32,000 nucleotides of DNA, from NCBI RefSeq assembly GCF_000017945.1, contig NC_009776.1:750001-782000 (forward strand). Reading direction: 5' to 3'. This DNA comes from Ignicoccus hospitalis KIN4/I. Lineage in GTDB: Archaea; Thermoproteota; Thermoprotei_A; Sulfolobales; Ignicoccaceae. Position numbers and translations under genes: made by a program. How positions within the stretch are numbered: position 1 is the stretch's first letter; each line of letters starts with the position of its first letter. This document shows, in pieces, positions 8,181 to 16,468 of the stretch. The notes under the pieces are model-generated. The model searched no databases. It saw only the letters and a program-made list of their open reading frames with translations, and was not told the origin of the DNA.

Positions 8181-9215
8181 ATGATACTCGACTATTACAA
8201 GGAAGCTAGGTTTGAGGTGCCGGAGGACTTAAGCCAGAGGGAGGTGGCGGTCCAAACAGTCGACGGCGGGATGGTAAGACACATGAGCGCTTCGGACGTG
8301 GAGGAGCTGAGGTCTATAGTCCTCAAGAAGCGTGGGCTGGACGTTTACGTTTCCACCGCTAGCTACCGGGACCCGGCGGCCCCCAGCATGGAAGCTAAGG
8401 GGTGGCTGAGGGCGGACCTACAGTTCGACATAGACGTGGACCACGCGCCCGGGTGCGGTCCGGCTTACAAGGTCTGCGGAGAAACGGTCGTGCCCTCCTC
8501 GGCGGACTGCGCCGGCGACCCCCTCCCTCTCTTGCCCAAGGAGTGTTTATACTTCGGCTTCGAGCGGGCGACGAAGCTTATCGACGTCCTCGAGAAGTAC
8601 TTCGGGGTAGAGAGGGAAAAGGTGGAGCTACACTTCTCGGGGAACAGAGGTTTCCACGTAGTCGCGCGCGACACCCAGTACGACGCCGCGGACCAAACCT
8701 TAAGGAGGGAGGTAGTAGACTTTATAGTGGGCGACCTCTTAATTAAAGAAAAGTTCTGTCTAAAGGAAAATTGCTTCGTTCCCAAGCCGGACGAGCCCGG
8801 GTGGAGGGGGAGGTTGGGCGAGGCCCTCTCGAAGCTCCTCCCAGAACGCGTTAGGCTCTGGGGGGAGGTGGACGACCCAGAGGCCCTCTTCGAACGCGCC
8901 CTCTCTTCGGCCAAAATAGACGTTGATAAACAAGTAACCGTCGATACGAGTAGGTTGCTAAGGGTTCTGGGAAGCGTCAACCGCAAGTCGGCGTTGGTTG
9001 TAAAGAGAGTAGATAAATTTGTGTGGGACTTCAGCTTAAGCCCGTTTGTGAGTTACGTGACCTTGGTGAGGTCCAGATACAATTTCAAGCTGGACGTCTT
9101 GGGTAAGCACGTATCGATGAAGAAGGGGGAGGTAGGGGAGCTCCCGGGGCCCGCGGGGGCCTACCTGGCGGCCAAGGGGTTGGTTGAAATACTTCGCTTC
9201 GACAGGGCCCCTTAG
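8181..9215 (+). CDS. priS: DNA primase small (catalytic) subunit PriS
   Basis: AEP primase motifs are present: DLQFDIDVDH (DxD) and HFSGNRGFHVV. A Cys-containing insertion lies between them (CGPAYKVCGE...SSADC). The ATG at 8181 lies 11 nt after the PCNA stop. The track ORF begins earlier, inside pcn. Confidence 0.85.
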   Translation: MILDYYKEARFEVPEDLSQREVAVQTVDGGMVRHMSASDVEELRSIVLKKRGLDVYVSTASYRDPAAPSMEAKGWLRADLQFDIDVDHAPGCGPAYKVCGETVVPSSADCAGDPLPLLPKECLYFGFERATKLIDVLEKYFGVEREKVELHFSGNRGFHVVARDTQYDAADQTLRREVVDFIVGDLLIKEKFCLKENCFVPKPDEPGWRGRLGEALSKLLPERVRLWGEVDDPEALFERALSSAKIDVDKQVTVDTSRLLRVLGSVNRKSALVVKRVDKFVWDFSLSPFVSYVTLVRSRYNFKLDVLGKHVSMKKGEVGELPGPAGAYLAAKGLVEILRFDRAP

Positions 9216-9903
9216 CGAGGTGGAGCTGCCGTTGCAAGTTTACTACGCCTTGAAGCACCCGGACGGCACTAAGTCGTTCGATTACTGGCTGCTGAAGCAA
9301 GCCCACTTAGCCAGGAAGTTCTACGTCGGGACTTACTATATACCCTCCAAAAAGATGTACACGGCAGTGTTCAAGAGGATAGGCGCTGCCGACCCGAGGG
9401 CGTTCGTCGAGGTTACCCCAAACGAGTTGAGGAACTCCTACAAGATGATCTGCATAAAGGGCTGCGGTCAGTGTTGCGAGAGGAACTCCGGCGCGGTGAT
9501 GCTCGAGACGGAGGCTCGCGATTTAGGTATAGAGATAAAGGATAAGCCCGCGTTCAAGGTGACCTTAGTGGACGGCGCCGAGGAGAGGGTGTACCGGCTG
9601 GACACCCGGCGCGCTGGCCAGTGCGCCTTCTTCAATAGGGCTAGGAGGTCTTGTGCGTTGGGGCGGAGGAAGCCAATCCTCTGCACGATCTCTTACTGCG
9701 GCGCCTTTGCTGAGAGGAAGGGGGAGAAGTACGTCAGAGTGTCCGGCAAGTTCTTACCAGATAACAAGGTAGAAATGGTCTTCGAGAGGGTTACGGACTC
9801 GGAGTGGGAGGAGCTCACGAGGATGGTTAGGTCCGGCGTTAACGTGTGGAGGGCAGTCGCGGAGCTGTTGAGGAGGAGGAATATTACTTCGCGGGCCGGT
9901 TAA
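9184..9903 (+). CDS. YkgJ/UPF0153-type cysteine-cluster (putative Zn/Fe-S binding) protein with a unique N-terminal extension
   Basis: The C-x3-C-G-x-CC motif (CIKGCGQCC) is followed by GQCAFFNRARRSCALGRRKPILC, matching the YkgJ pattern (CRPGCGACC...C...C...RP..C). The start is uncertain. The TTG at 9184 overlaps priS by 32 nt, and the GTG at 9220 lies 4 nt after the priS stop. Confidence 0.55.
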   Translation: MKYFASTGPLSEVELPLQVYYALKHPDGTKSFDYWLLKQAHLARKFYVGTYYIPSKKMYTAVFKRIGAADPRAFVEVTPNELRNSYKMICIKGCGQCCERNSGAVMLETEARDLGIEIKDKPAFKVTLVDGAEERVYRLDTRRAGQCAFFNRARRSCALGRRKPILCTISYCGAFAERKGEKYVRVSGKFLPDNKVEMVFERVTDSEWEELTRMVRSGVNVWRAVAELLRRRNITSRAG

Positions 9904-9944
9904 ATGGCTCGGAGGGGCACTATAACCGTTCCGGGAGAGAGGGC

Positions 9945-10142
9945 GTGGACCCCAAGAGGCTAATCGAGATGGAACTCGAGAAGCTAGAGCTTGAGATAAA
10001 GAGCTTGGAGAGGAAGCTCAAGCTGTTAGAGCCCATAGCCGAGGAAGACGAAGAGGCTAGGTTAGAACTGATAGGTACTAAGGCCCTCCTCAACTTGTAC
10101 CGGAGCGACGCCCAGAAGCTGGCCGAATTCCTAACAAGCTAA
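9945..10142 (+). CDS. Small coiled-coil protein (hypothetical, about 65 aa)
   Basis: The sequence is VDPKRLIEMELEKLELEIKSLERKLKLLEPIAEEDEEARLELIGTKALLNLYRSDAQKLAEFLTS, which is heptad-like and charged. The start could be the GTG at 9945 or the ATG at 9969. Its 3' end overlaps the convergent hydrolase gene by 53 nt. Confidence 0.35.
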   Translation: MDPKRLIEMELEKLELEIKSLERKLKLLEPIAEEDEEARLELIGTKALLNLYRSDAQKLAEFLTS

Positions 10143-10869
10143 GCCTATCCTTATACGACGGGAACTCCCTCCATTCTTCTATTTTATCCTTATCGAGCTC
10201 GGTTACGAGGAGTCCCTCGCCCTCGCCTAAGGTCGTTTCTCCCTCGGGCGTGGAGGAGGAGCTCCACCCGCCGAAGGGCCCGTGGAGGCCCTCTCCCCAA
10301 CGGTTAACCCCCAAGACGTAGCTCGAAGCCTCCACCGCCCTGGCCCGTAAGAGCGTGCGCCAGTGCTCCTTCCTCGAGGAGGGCCACGCGGCGGGGACCA
10401 CCAAGGCCTCGGCGTCCAGCACCCGCGCGAACAGCTCCGGGAACCTCAACTCGTAGCATATCAAGACTGAGAACTTTAGGTCCTTAAGGTAGAACGTGGT
10501 TGGGGGTTCGCCCCTCGCGAAGGTCTGGTGTTCCCCCATGGGCTCGAACAACATGAACTTCTTTCTGACGTGGAGCACGTCCCCGTCGCGGACGATCAAA
10601 TATGAGTTGTAAGTTTTATCTCCCTCGAAGTAGGTCGCGCCCACGCCTATAGCTACTCCGTCGCTCAGCTCCTTTATGCGGTTAACAGCCCCGCGCACGT
10701 CTTCCTTAGAGGGTATCGAAAATCCGGTCAGGGAGAGCTCGGGGGTGAAGGCAGCTTCCACAGAATAATGTTCAATAGCGTACTTCAATGATGCCTCAAT
10801 TCTCTTTAGGTTAGCGTGTACGTTCCCGTCCGTTACCTTCATCTGGACTAAGGCGACGCGCAAGCCCAT
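10090..10869 (-). CDS. Carbon-nitrogen hydrolase (nitrilase superfamily)
   Basis: An E-K-C triad context is present: AAFTPELSLTGF, HVRKKFMLFEP, VLICYELRFPE. I placed the start at the ATG at 10869 (MGLRVALVQM), the typical family N-terminus. The upstream 51 codons of the track ORF look non-coding. Confidence 0.8.
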   Translation of the reverse strand: MGLRVALVQMKVTDGNVHANLKRIEASLKYAIEHYSVEAAFTPELSLTGFSIPSKEDVRGAVNRIKELSDGVAIGVGATYFEGDKTYNSYLIVRDGDVLHVRKKFMLFEPMGEHQTFARGEPPTTFYLKDLKFSVLICYELRFPELFARVLDAEALVVPAAWPSSRKEHWRTLLRARAVEASSYVLGVNRWGEGLHGPFGGWSSSSTPEGETTLGEGEGLLVTELDKDKIEEWREFPSYKDRLSLLGIRPASGRRSGTS

Positions 10870-11028
10870 GTCCCCCTTAGGTTTCCGGAATGACGATTTA
10901 TTTTCCAAGCAAGCTCTGCAGCTCCACCTAGAGAAGGGGGTATATTTTATGAGAAATCTAGATCTAATATAGGCAACGTCTATACCTATATTCACATATC
11001 TGTCAAAAAGCCCGGCGCACAAAGTCCG
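10870..11028. promoter_or_regulatory. Divergent promoter/operator region between the C-N hydrolase and the PadR regulator
   Basis: This is an A+T-rich 159-bp spacer. On the minus strand, AAAATAAATC (10895-10904) lies 27-35 nt from the hydrolase ATG. On the plus strand, a purine-rich AGAAGGGGG precedes TATATTTTAT (10941-10950), which is BRE/TATA-like. Overlapping palindromes ATCTAGAT (10956-10963) and TAGATCTA (10959-10966) follow, and a second TATA-like TATACCTATATT sits at 10981-10992. Confidence 0.4.
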
Positions 11029-11418
11029 GTGGGGATGGAACTTTTGAGGAAATTAACCGAAGTTAAGATAGAACTTGGACACAGGTCCTACAAATTGAAC
11101 GTCCTCGGCCTCTACGTCCTCCACTCTTTGTCGAACGGGCCTAAGAACGGCTACGATTTATTGAAAGAACTCAAAAGGTTGACAAATAACAAGTGGGTAC
11201 CTCCCAAAAGTACAATCTACCCCTTGTTGAAGAAGATGGTGGAAGAGGGGCTGCTGGACGTAGACGAGCACGGCGTCTACAGCCTCACGGAGGCGGGACG
11301 GGCCGTGCTCAAGGCCTTGCGCCGCAACTCGGAGGCGATAAACGAGCTGGAGGAGAACATCAGCCTAATATTGAAGATAATAGAGGAGATAAAGTCCGAA
11401 GTACAGACGCAAGAATAA
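11029..11418 (+). CDS. PadR-family winged-helix transcriptional regulator
   Basis: The PadR signature is LYVLHSLSNGPKNGYDLLKELKRLTNNKWVPPKSTIYPLLKKMVEEGLLDV...YSLTEAGRAVL, followed by a C-terminal helix. The start is the GTG at 11029 or the ATG at 11035. Confidence 0.8.
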   Translation: MGMELLRKLTEVKIELGHRSYKLNVLGLYVLHSLSNGPKNGYDLLKELKRLTNNKWVPPKSTIYPLLKKMVEEGLLDVDEHGVYSLTEAGRAVLKALRRNSEAINELEENISLILKIIEEIKSEVQTQE

Positions 11419-11460
11419 AAGGCCCCCCGCCCTCCTCTGGCGGGACTTGGGTGGGAGCTA

Positions 11461-12675
11461 TTGCTCGACATAAAGTCGTTCATCGCTGACAGGGTCTCGT
11501 TAATGGAGTCGTCGGAGATAAGGGAGATACTGGAGCTAACTGAAGGTAAGAACGTAATAAGCTTGGCCGGCGGCCTCCCTGACCCGAAGTACTTCCCTAC
11601 CGAGGAGCTCGCCGAGATATCGGCGTACGTGATTAAGGAGTACGGCGCGCGCGCCTTGCAATACAGCATAACGAGGGGCTTGAGGGAGTTCAGGAAGGAG
11701 ATAGCGGCTTTCATGGAAAGGACCGGAACGCCCGGTGAGATGCCTTATAACATAATAGTCACTTCCGGAAGCCAGCAAGCCTTGAACCTCTTGGCCCAAG
11801 TCTTGGTGAACCCCGGAGACATAGTAGTAGTCGAAAAGCCAACCTACTTGGCGGCAATAAACGAGTTCAAGTCCGTAGGTGCCCTCTTCGAGGGCATACC
11901 CATAGACGACGACGGTATGAGGACCGATATCCTCGAGGAGAGGCTCAAGGCTTTGAAAGCCGAAGGCAAGAAAGTCAAAGTCGTCTACACCGTGCCCACC
12001 GCCCAGAACCCCTCGGGCGTCAGCATGAGCAACGAGAGACGCTCCCACTTGCTAGAGCTCGCGGAGGAGTACGACTTCTTGATAATAGAGGACGACCCCT
12101 ACAGCCACTTCATGTTTGAGGACGTGGACTTCAAAAGGCTAAGGAGTATGGACAAATATAGAGTGATATACACTAGCACCTTCAGCAAGATACTGGCCCC
12201 TGGGCTGAGGCTGGGGTGGGTGGCGGCGCACCCGGAGGTAATAGACGCCTTGGAAATAGCCAAACAGAACGCGGACCTACACACGCCGACCTTCAACCAA
12301 CTAATTGCGACCGAGGCGCTCAAGAGGGGGGTAGTGGATAGACACATCCCCAAGGTCAAAGAAGCTTACAAGAAGAAGAGGGACGCTATGCTAAACGCCT
12401 TGGAGGAGTACATGGACGGCGCGGCCAAGTGGACCAAGCCGGTCGGGGGACTCTTCGTCTTCGTCTACTTAGATGAGAACATAGACACTAAGGAGATGTT
12501 GCCCGCGGCCCTCTCGGCCGGCGTGGCTTACGTCCCCGGCAGCGCGTTCTACGTCGACGGCAGCGGGCGCAACACGATGAGGCTCAACTTCAGCTACCCG
12601 GACGAGGAGGAGATAAGGGTAGGCATCGAGAGGCTGTCCCAAGTAGTTAAGAGTTACGTCAGAGGTAGCGTTTAA
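11461..12675 (+). CDS. PLP-dependent aminotransferase, class I/II (ARO8/LysN-like)
   Basis: There is an N-terminal substrate-lid region (SSEIREILEL...ISLAGGLPDP), the motif TVPTAQNPSG and the PLP-lysine motif STFSKILAPGLRLGW. The protein is 404 aa with a TTG start. Confidence 0.8.
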   Translation: MLDIKSFIADRVSLMESSEIREILELTEGKNVISLAGGLPDPKYFPTEELAEISAYVIKEYGARALQYSITRGLREFRKEIAAFMERTGTPGEMPYNIIVTSGSQQALNLLAQVLVNPGDIVVVEKPTYLAAINEFKSVGALFEGIPIDDDGMRTDILEERLKALKAEGKKVKVVYTVPTAQNPSGVSMSNERRSHLLELAEEYDFLIIEDDPYSHFMFEDVDFKRLRSMDKYRVIYTSTFSKILAPGLRLGWVAAHPEVIDALEIAKQNADLHTPTFNQLIATEALKRGVVDRHIPKVKEAYKKKRDAMLNALEEYMDGAAKWTKPVGGLFVFVYLDENIDTKEMLPAALSAGVAYVPGSAFYVDGSGRNTMRLNFSYPDEEEIRVGIERLSQVVKSYVRGSV

Positions 12676-12708
12676 AATCCCAGATAGTGAAGGCGGGGGG
12701 AGACGAGC

Positions 12709-13188
12709 GTGAACAAGAGGAAGGAGAAGGGCAAGTCCCACTCAAAGAGGCCCGTGAGGAATACCCCGCCGCGCTGGGTGCCCTTCGGCCCCGAGGAGAT
12801 CAAGGCGCTAATAGTGGAGCTCAGCAAGAAGGGCTACGGACCCTCGATGATCGGAATAATATTGAGGGACCAGTTCGGAGTCCCTCTGGTAAAGCCCATC
12901 GTGGGCAAGAAGCTAGTAAAAATAATGGAAGAGCAGGGCGTCGCCCCTCCGATACCGGAGGACCTCTTCCACTTGATGAAGAGGGCAGTGAGGGTCAGGG
13001 CTCACTTGGCCGAGCACCCCAAGGACAAGCACTCCGCTAGGGGACTAATGGAGATAGAGTCCAAGATAAGGAGGTTAGTCAAGTACTACAAGAGGGTCGG
13101 CAAGCTGCCTCCGGACTGGAAGTACGACCCGGAGAGGGCGAGACTTCTTGTCCAGCAGTACTCAGCGCTCTTCGAGTCCGGAGCTTAG
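12709..13188 (+). CDS. rps15: 30S ribosomal protein S15 (uS15, S13e type)
   Basis: The N-terminus KGKSHSKRP...PPRWV and the stretch [26 protein letters not shown]...[11 protein letters not shown] are typical. The start codon is GTG. Confidence 0.9.
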   Translation: MNKRKEKGKSHSKRPVRNTPPRWVPFGPEEIKALIVELSKKGYGPSMIGIILRDQFGVPLVKPIVGKKLVKIMEEQGVAPPIPEDLFHLMKRAVRVRAHLAEHPKDKHSARGLMEIESKIRRLVKYYKRVGKLPPDWKYDPERARLLVQQYSALFESGA

Positions 13189-14497
13189 CCTCGTCCAATT
13201 TTTGAAGAGCCACGAGGACGCGGCCTCACAGAAAGTGTTGGAGAAGGCTCTCGAATTCGTCGACTCCTTAAAGGACTACGGGTTTGTTAGAGTATACGCC
13301 TCCCCTACCTTCGAGGAGCTCGTAGCGGCCTCGCAGCTTCAACAGACCCTCGAGAACAACTCGATAAAGGCGATAGTAGACGTTTTCCCATTTAGGGAGC
13401 CAGACAATCAGTCTCCCCTCATAACCTTGGGCATGCGCGCGCCTAAGAGGAGCGGCCCCACGCTTGAGATAGTCCCCAGCCAGCCCTTGGTCACCGAAAA
13501 TAAGGTCAGCTTCTGGGTCAAGAACGCCAACTCTAGCACGATAGTAATAAAACTGCTTGAGGAGAGGTTCGTAGTTAAGGACGACCACAAGATATTCTCT
13601 ATAATAGCGTCTTACGCGGCCGAGGAGAACCCCCTAGAGGGCTTGACTTACCTAATAGTTGAGTCTTTGAAGGTAGCGAATATAGTTAAAGAAGACATAA
13701 CGTTCTCCTTGTACAAGTGGAAGAGCCTGCCCTTGTGTCACTCCGTGGCTTACACTGCCGTGCCCTTCTTCGTATCCTTGGCCGCCTCGCCTGAGAAGGT
13801 CTGCAATTACTTGAAAGAGAACAAAGTAGATATAGACGAGACTACTAGTATAAGGGACCTAATGCAGAGGAAGGAGAGCGAGGAGCTGGTCGAAATAATA
13901 AAGTTGTTAGTCTCCTACTTGGAGGAGGTCAGCAAGAGGCCCAACAGGGACCCCACGGAAATAATAGACCGAGGGGTGGAGCTGGAGGAGGAGGTCCTCA
14001 AGGAGAGGAAGCTCCCCCGCTCTCTGGTTCACGGCTTCAAGCAAGCGACCTACGTATTCCTAACAACGATAGACTTGAGCGCGTTCCACGTGATAGCCCT
14101 GCCCGCGCTGTCTTACTACTTCTACCGGGCAGACGAGCTCTACGTTAGCAGCGTTAGGTTCGCCGCGAGGGAGTTGCCGAACTCGCTCATAGGTTCCAAG
14201 ATAATAGTCCAGAGCGGCAAGAAGTTGACAGTGCTACCCTTAGATCAAGTCCCCCCTTCCCCCACTTTGCTCTACAGGATGGTAAGGGACTACGGCGTGG
14301 GGAGGGACGTGGGTCACGTAGTAGTGTTCAAGGTGGGCAAGAACGTCTTTATACCGATAGATTCTATAAAGAGAAGTGGTTTGGACTTGGAGAGGAGCGT
14401 GAGGAGGGCTGTGGAGGACGGTTGGGAGATAAGAGGAGGCTCGTTGGTGGCCGAGGACGAGAAGCTTGAGCGAGTCAAGAAACTGTTGTTCGGTTAA
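13148..14497 (+). CDS. RecJ/Cdc45-like protein with a degenerate DHH active site (candidate crenarchaeal Cdc45/RecJdbh); otherwise hypothetical
   Basis: The size (about 430-449 aa) and the position directly after rps15 match the archaeal RecJ/GAN neighbourhood as I recall it. No DHH or DxD catalytic motifs are visible. The region where motif I would sit reads [16 protein letters not shown], and the C-terminal IRGGS only faintly resembles the DHHA1 GGGH. The start is uncertain among the TTG at 13148, the TTG at 13202 and the GTG at 13235. Confidence 0.4.
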   Translation: MSSSTQRSSSPELSLVQFLKSHEDAASQKVLEKALEFVDSLKDYGFVRVYASPTFEELVAASQLQQTLENNSIKAIVDVFPFREPDNQSPLITLGMRAPKRSGPTLEIVPSQPLVTENKVSFWVKNANSSTIVIKLLEERFVVKDDHKIFSIIASYAAEENPLEGLTYLIVESLKVANIVKEDITFSLYKWKSLPLCHSVAYTAVPFFVSLAASPEKVCNYLKENKVDIDETTSIRDLMQRKESEELVEIIKLLVSYLEEVSKRPNRDPTEIIDRGVELEEEVLKERKLPRSLVHGFKQATYVFLTTIDLSAFHVIALPALSYYFYRADELYVSSVRFAARELPNSLIGSKIIVQSGKKLTVLPLDQVPPSPTLLYRMVRDYGVGRDVGHVVVFKVGKNVFIPIDSIKRSGLDLERSVRRAVEDGWEIRGGSLVAEDEKLERVKKLLFG

Positions 14498-14741
14498 GCT
14501 GACCTTGAAGGTTATTACGGACTCGGAGGAAGAGGCAAAGAAGCTGCTCAGCGCGCTCAAGCCGGACGACGTGGAGGTCCCGGGTTTGGAGTACTCCTCT
14601 AGTGTGGATGGAAATTCAGTGATATATGTGTTCGACTACACGCCTAACGTGCTGAGGCTCAGAAACGCCGCGGACGAGGTCTTGGAGCACGCGTCTTTGG
14701 TTGAAGCAATTAAAGGGGTAACCCAAGCCCGCGAGGGGTAG
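14466..14741 (+). CDS. KEOPS complex subunit Pcc1-like protein
   Basis: This small protein fits the Pcc1 pattern: L.L.V...SEEEA..LL.ALKPDD.E then a strand then LRLRNAADEVLEHASLVEAI. Compare LAGE3/Pcc1, which read A..I..SL.PD.E ... LR..VNSFL. An alternative TTG start lies at 14505. Confidence 0.5.
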   Translation: MSESRNCCSVKLTLKVITDSEEEAKKLLSALKPDDVEVPGLEYSSSVDGNSVIYVFDYTPNVLRLRNAADEVLEHASLVEAIKGVTQAREG

Positions 14742-14747
14742 CAAGGG

Positions 14748-15386
14748 ATGTCTGCTAGGAGGAGGGGAGCGCTCAAGGATAAGTGGAAAATAAAGAAGTG
14801 GTATGAGATAATCACGCCGGACGTGTTCAACAATGTCAGCGTGGGCCAGACCCCGGCCGACGAGGCGTGGAAGCTCATCGGAAGGACCGTGGACACTACC
14901 CTATACGACATAACCGGCGACTTCACGTACGTACACGTCCACGTGTACCTTCAAATAAACAAGGTAGACGAAGAGGCGTTGAAGGCATACACTATATTCA
15001 AGGGTCACGAGCTCGCGAGGGATTACATAAGGAGCTTGACCAGAAGGAAGAGCTCCAAGATAGAGGGCATATTCGACGTCTGGACGAAGGACGGTTACGG
15101 CCTGAGGATCACCGTGGATACCTTCACCGCTTACAGGTGTCAGACCAGCCAGAAGAGGGCTATAAGGAAGATACAGAAGGAAGTGATAGAAGAGATGGTG
15201 CCTCAAATGACGTTGGACGAGGTAATAAATGCCATGCTCTTCGGCGACATAGCTGAGGAGATCTCAAACAGAGCTAGGAAAATCTACCCGATAAGAAGGA
15301 CCGAAATATACAAGTCGAAAGTCCTCTACATGCCTAGCCCGGAGGGCCCGATTAAGGCGGTCATCGTGCCGAAACCCCCCGCTTAG
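14748..15386 (+). CDS. rps3ae: 30S ribosomal protein S3Ae (eS1)
   Basis: The N-terminus is KDKWKIKKWYEIITPDVFNNVSVGQTPADE...LIGRTVDTTLYDITGDF, and the 212-aa length is typical of S3Ae. Confidence 0.9.
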   Translation: MSARRRGALKDKWKIKKWYEIITPDVFNNVSVGQTPADEAWKLIGRTVDTTLYDITGDFTYVHVHVYLQINKVDEEALKAYTIFKGHELARDYIRSLTRRKSSKIEGIFDVWTKDGYGLRITVDTFTAYRCQTSQKRAIRKIQKEVIEEMVPQMTLDEVINAMLFGDIAEEISNRARKIYPIRRTEIYKSKVLYMPSPEGPIKAVIVPKPPA

Positions 15387-15999
15387 GGCAGAGGTCGGAG
15401 AGCGGGCACTCCGAGCACAGAGGCTTTTTAGCCTTACAGTACTTCCTCCCGAGCAGTATTAGGTACATGTGCGCCTCCCTCGTCCTACCCTTGAAGAGCT
15501 CCTTGAGCCGGGACGAGACCTCCTTGTAAGCGTTTCCGTCGACCAGCCCCAGCCTCTTAGCGACCCTCTTCACGTGCGTGTCTACGGGGAACTCCTCGTG
15601 TCCGAAGCTCATCAACACGACATCGGCCGTTTTCTCGCCTATGCCCTTTATCCTAGTTAGGACGCCTTTGTCTCCCTTTTCTATGGCCTTCTTTACCTCT
15701 TCCCACTTGCGGGCAGCCTCCACGATGGCGGAGGCCTTCTGCTCTTGGAGCCCTGCGGGCCTTATGAGCTCCTTCAACCTCTCCGTTCCGAGCGAGAGGA
15801 CCGCCTCGGGAGTGACCCTCCCCAACGCCTCCTCTAGGTTCCTCCAAGCCGCGAAGGCGTTCTTCTCTGTGGTGTTCTGGGACAGTACGGTCGCCACGAG
15901 CACGGCGAAGGGGTCTTTGTACCTCTTGTACACGTAGTACGCGATGAACTCGTTCTCGTAGTCGTCCAAGTCGCCGAAGACTTCCCTCAGCCTCCTCAA
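15361..15999 (-). CDS. nth: Endonuclease III (HhH-GPD DNA glycosylase/AP lyase with a 4Fe-4S cluster)
   Basis: Motifs present are LVATVLSQNT, the catalytic-Lys region PAGLQEQKASAI, the HhH LTRIKGIGEKTADVVL, the catalytic Asp in VDTHVKRV, and C-x6-C-x2-C-x5-C (CKAKKPLCSECPLSDLC). I placed the start at the TTG at 15999, which forms a TTGA overlap with the upstream gene's stop. The upstream 125 codons of the track ORF are Arg/Pro/Gly-rich out-of-frame-looking sequence. Confidence 0.85.
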   Translation of the reverse strand: MRRLREVFGDLDDYENEFIAYYVYKRYKDPFAVLVATVLSQNTTEKNAFAAWRNLEEALGRVTPEAVLSLGTERLKELIRPAGLQEQKASAIVEAARKWEEVKKAIEKGDKGVLTRIKGIGEKTADVVLMSFGHEEFPVDTHVKRVAKRLGLVDGNAYKEVSSRLKELFKGRTREAHMYLILLGRKYCKAKKPLCSECPLSDLCPKRGVSAR

Positions 16000-16448
16000 C
16001 GTCTCCTCAGCGAGCTCACGAACTTCTGTAGGATGCCCAGCAAGTTCTCTTCCCTCCTCATCTTCTCTAGGGCCGCGAACATGTCGGACAGGTGTTCGAA
16101 CTGGGCCATCCAAGCCAGCACTCCGGCCATTAATACTATTATTAACGTTAGAGCCACTATCCCTACCGCCCTCATGGACATCCTCCAAACGTACCACCTC
16201 TTCTCTATAGGCAAGAGTTCCTTCCTCCTCAATATGTAGATGGTTAGGTCTCTGAGCTCTCTGAAGAGGAGCTTCCCGTCGTAGTACATAACCACGAGAA
16301 GGGGGACCGCGAGGACGCTCATGAACAAGTAGAGGTCGTTCTGGCGGACCCACGAGATCAGCTGGTCCCTCCATTCAATTATCAACTTGGGGAGGAGCCT
16401 TACCCTCGCGAGGAGGTCCTCCAAGGGCTGAGCGCCCTGCGCTCGCAC
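15996..16448 (-). CDS. Membrane protein, C-terminal portion or an independent gene (hypothetical)
   Basis: Protein-like sequence carries two TM helices (LYLFMSVLAVPLLVVMYY and AVGIVALTLIIVLMAGVLAWM) and a charged C-terminal helix. The start shown is the GTG at 16448, but the frame stays open and protein-like up to about 16560. See the frameshift finding. Confidence 0.5.
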   Translation of the reverse strand: MRAQGAQPLEDLLARVRLLPKLIIEWRDQLISWVRQNDLYLFMSVLAVPLLVVMYYDGKLLFRELRDLTIYILRRKELLPIEKRWYVWRMSMRAVGIVALTLIIVLMAGVLAWMAQFEHLSDMFAALEKMRREENLLGILQKFVSSLRRR

Positions 16449-16468
16449 GCTCGGGGAGAGCGCGACGA

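Noticed and set aside
10949-10972. 7-codon mini-ORF (ATG AGA AAT CTA GAT CTA ATA TAG) in the PadR/hydrolase spacer
   Set aside because: It is too short to support as coding, and it coincides with the palindromic or TATA-like elements, which explain the sequence better.
11426-11444. 6-bp GC hairpin (CCCGCC-N7-GGCGGG) after the PadR stop as a terminator
   Set aside because: The stem is short and no T-run follows. Archaeal termination relies mainly on oligo-T, and the next gene starts 17 nt later and is probably co-transcribed.
15999-16374. N-terminal 125-codon extension of the endonuclease III ORF
   Set aside because: The extension is Arg/Pro/Gly/His-rich and non-protein-like, and it overlaps the better membrane-protein frame. 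EndoIII homologues start about 25-30 aa before the LSQNT motif, and a TTG with a TTGA overlap sits exactly there.
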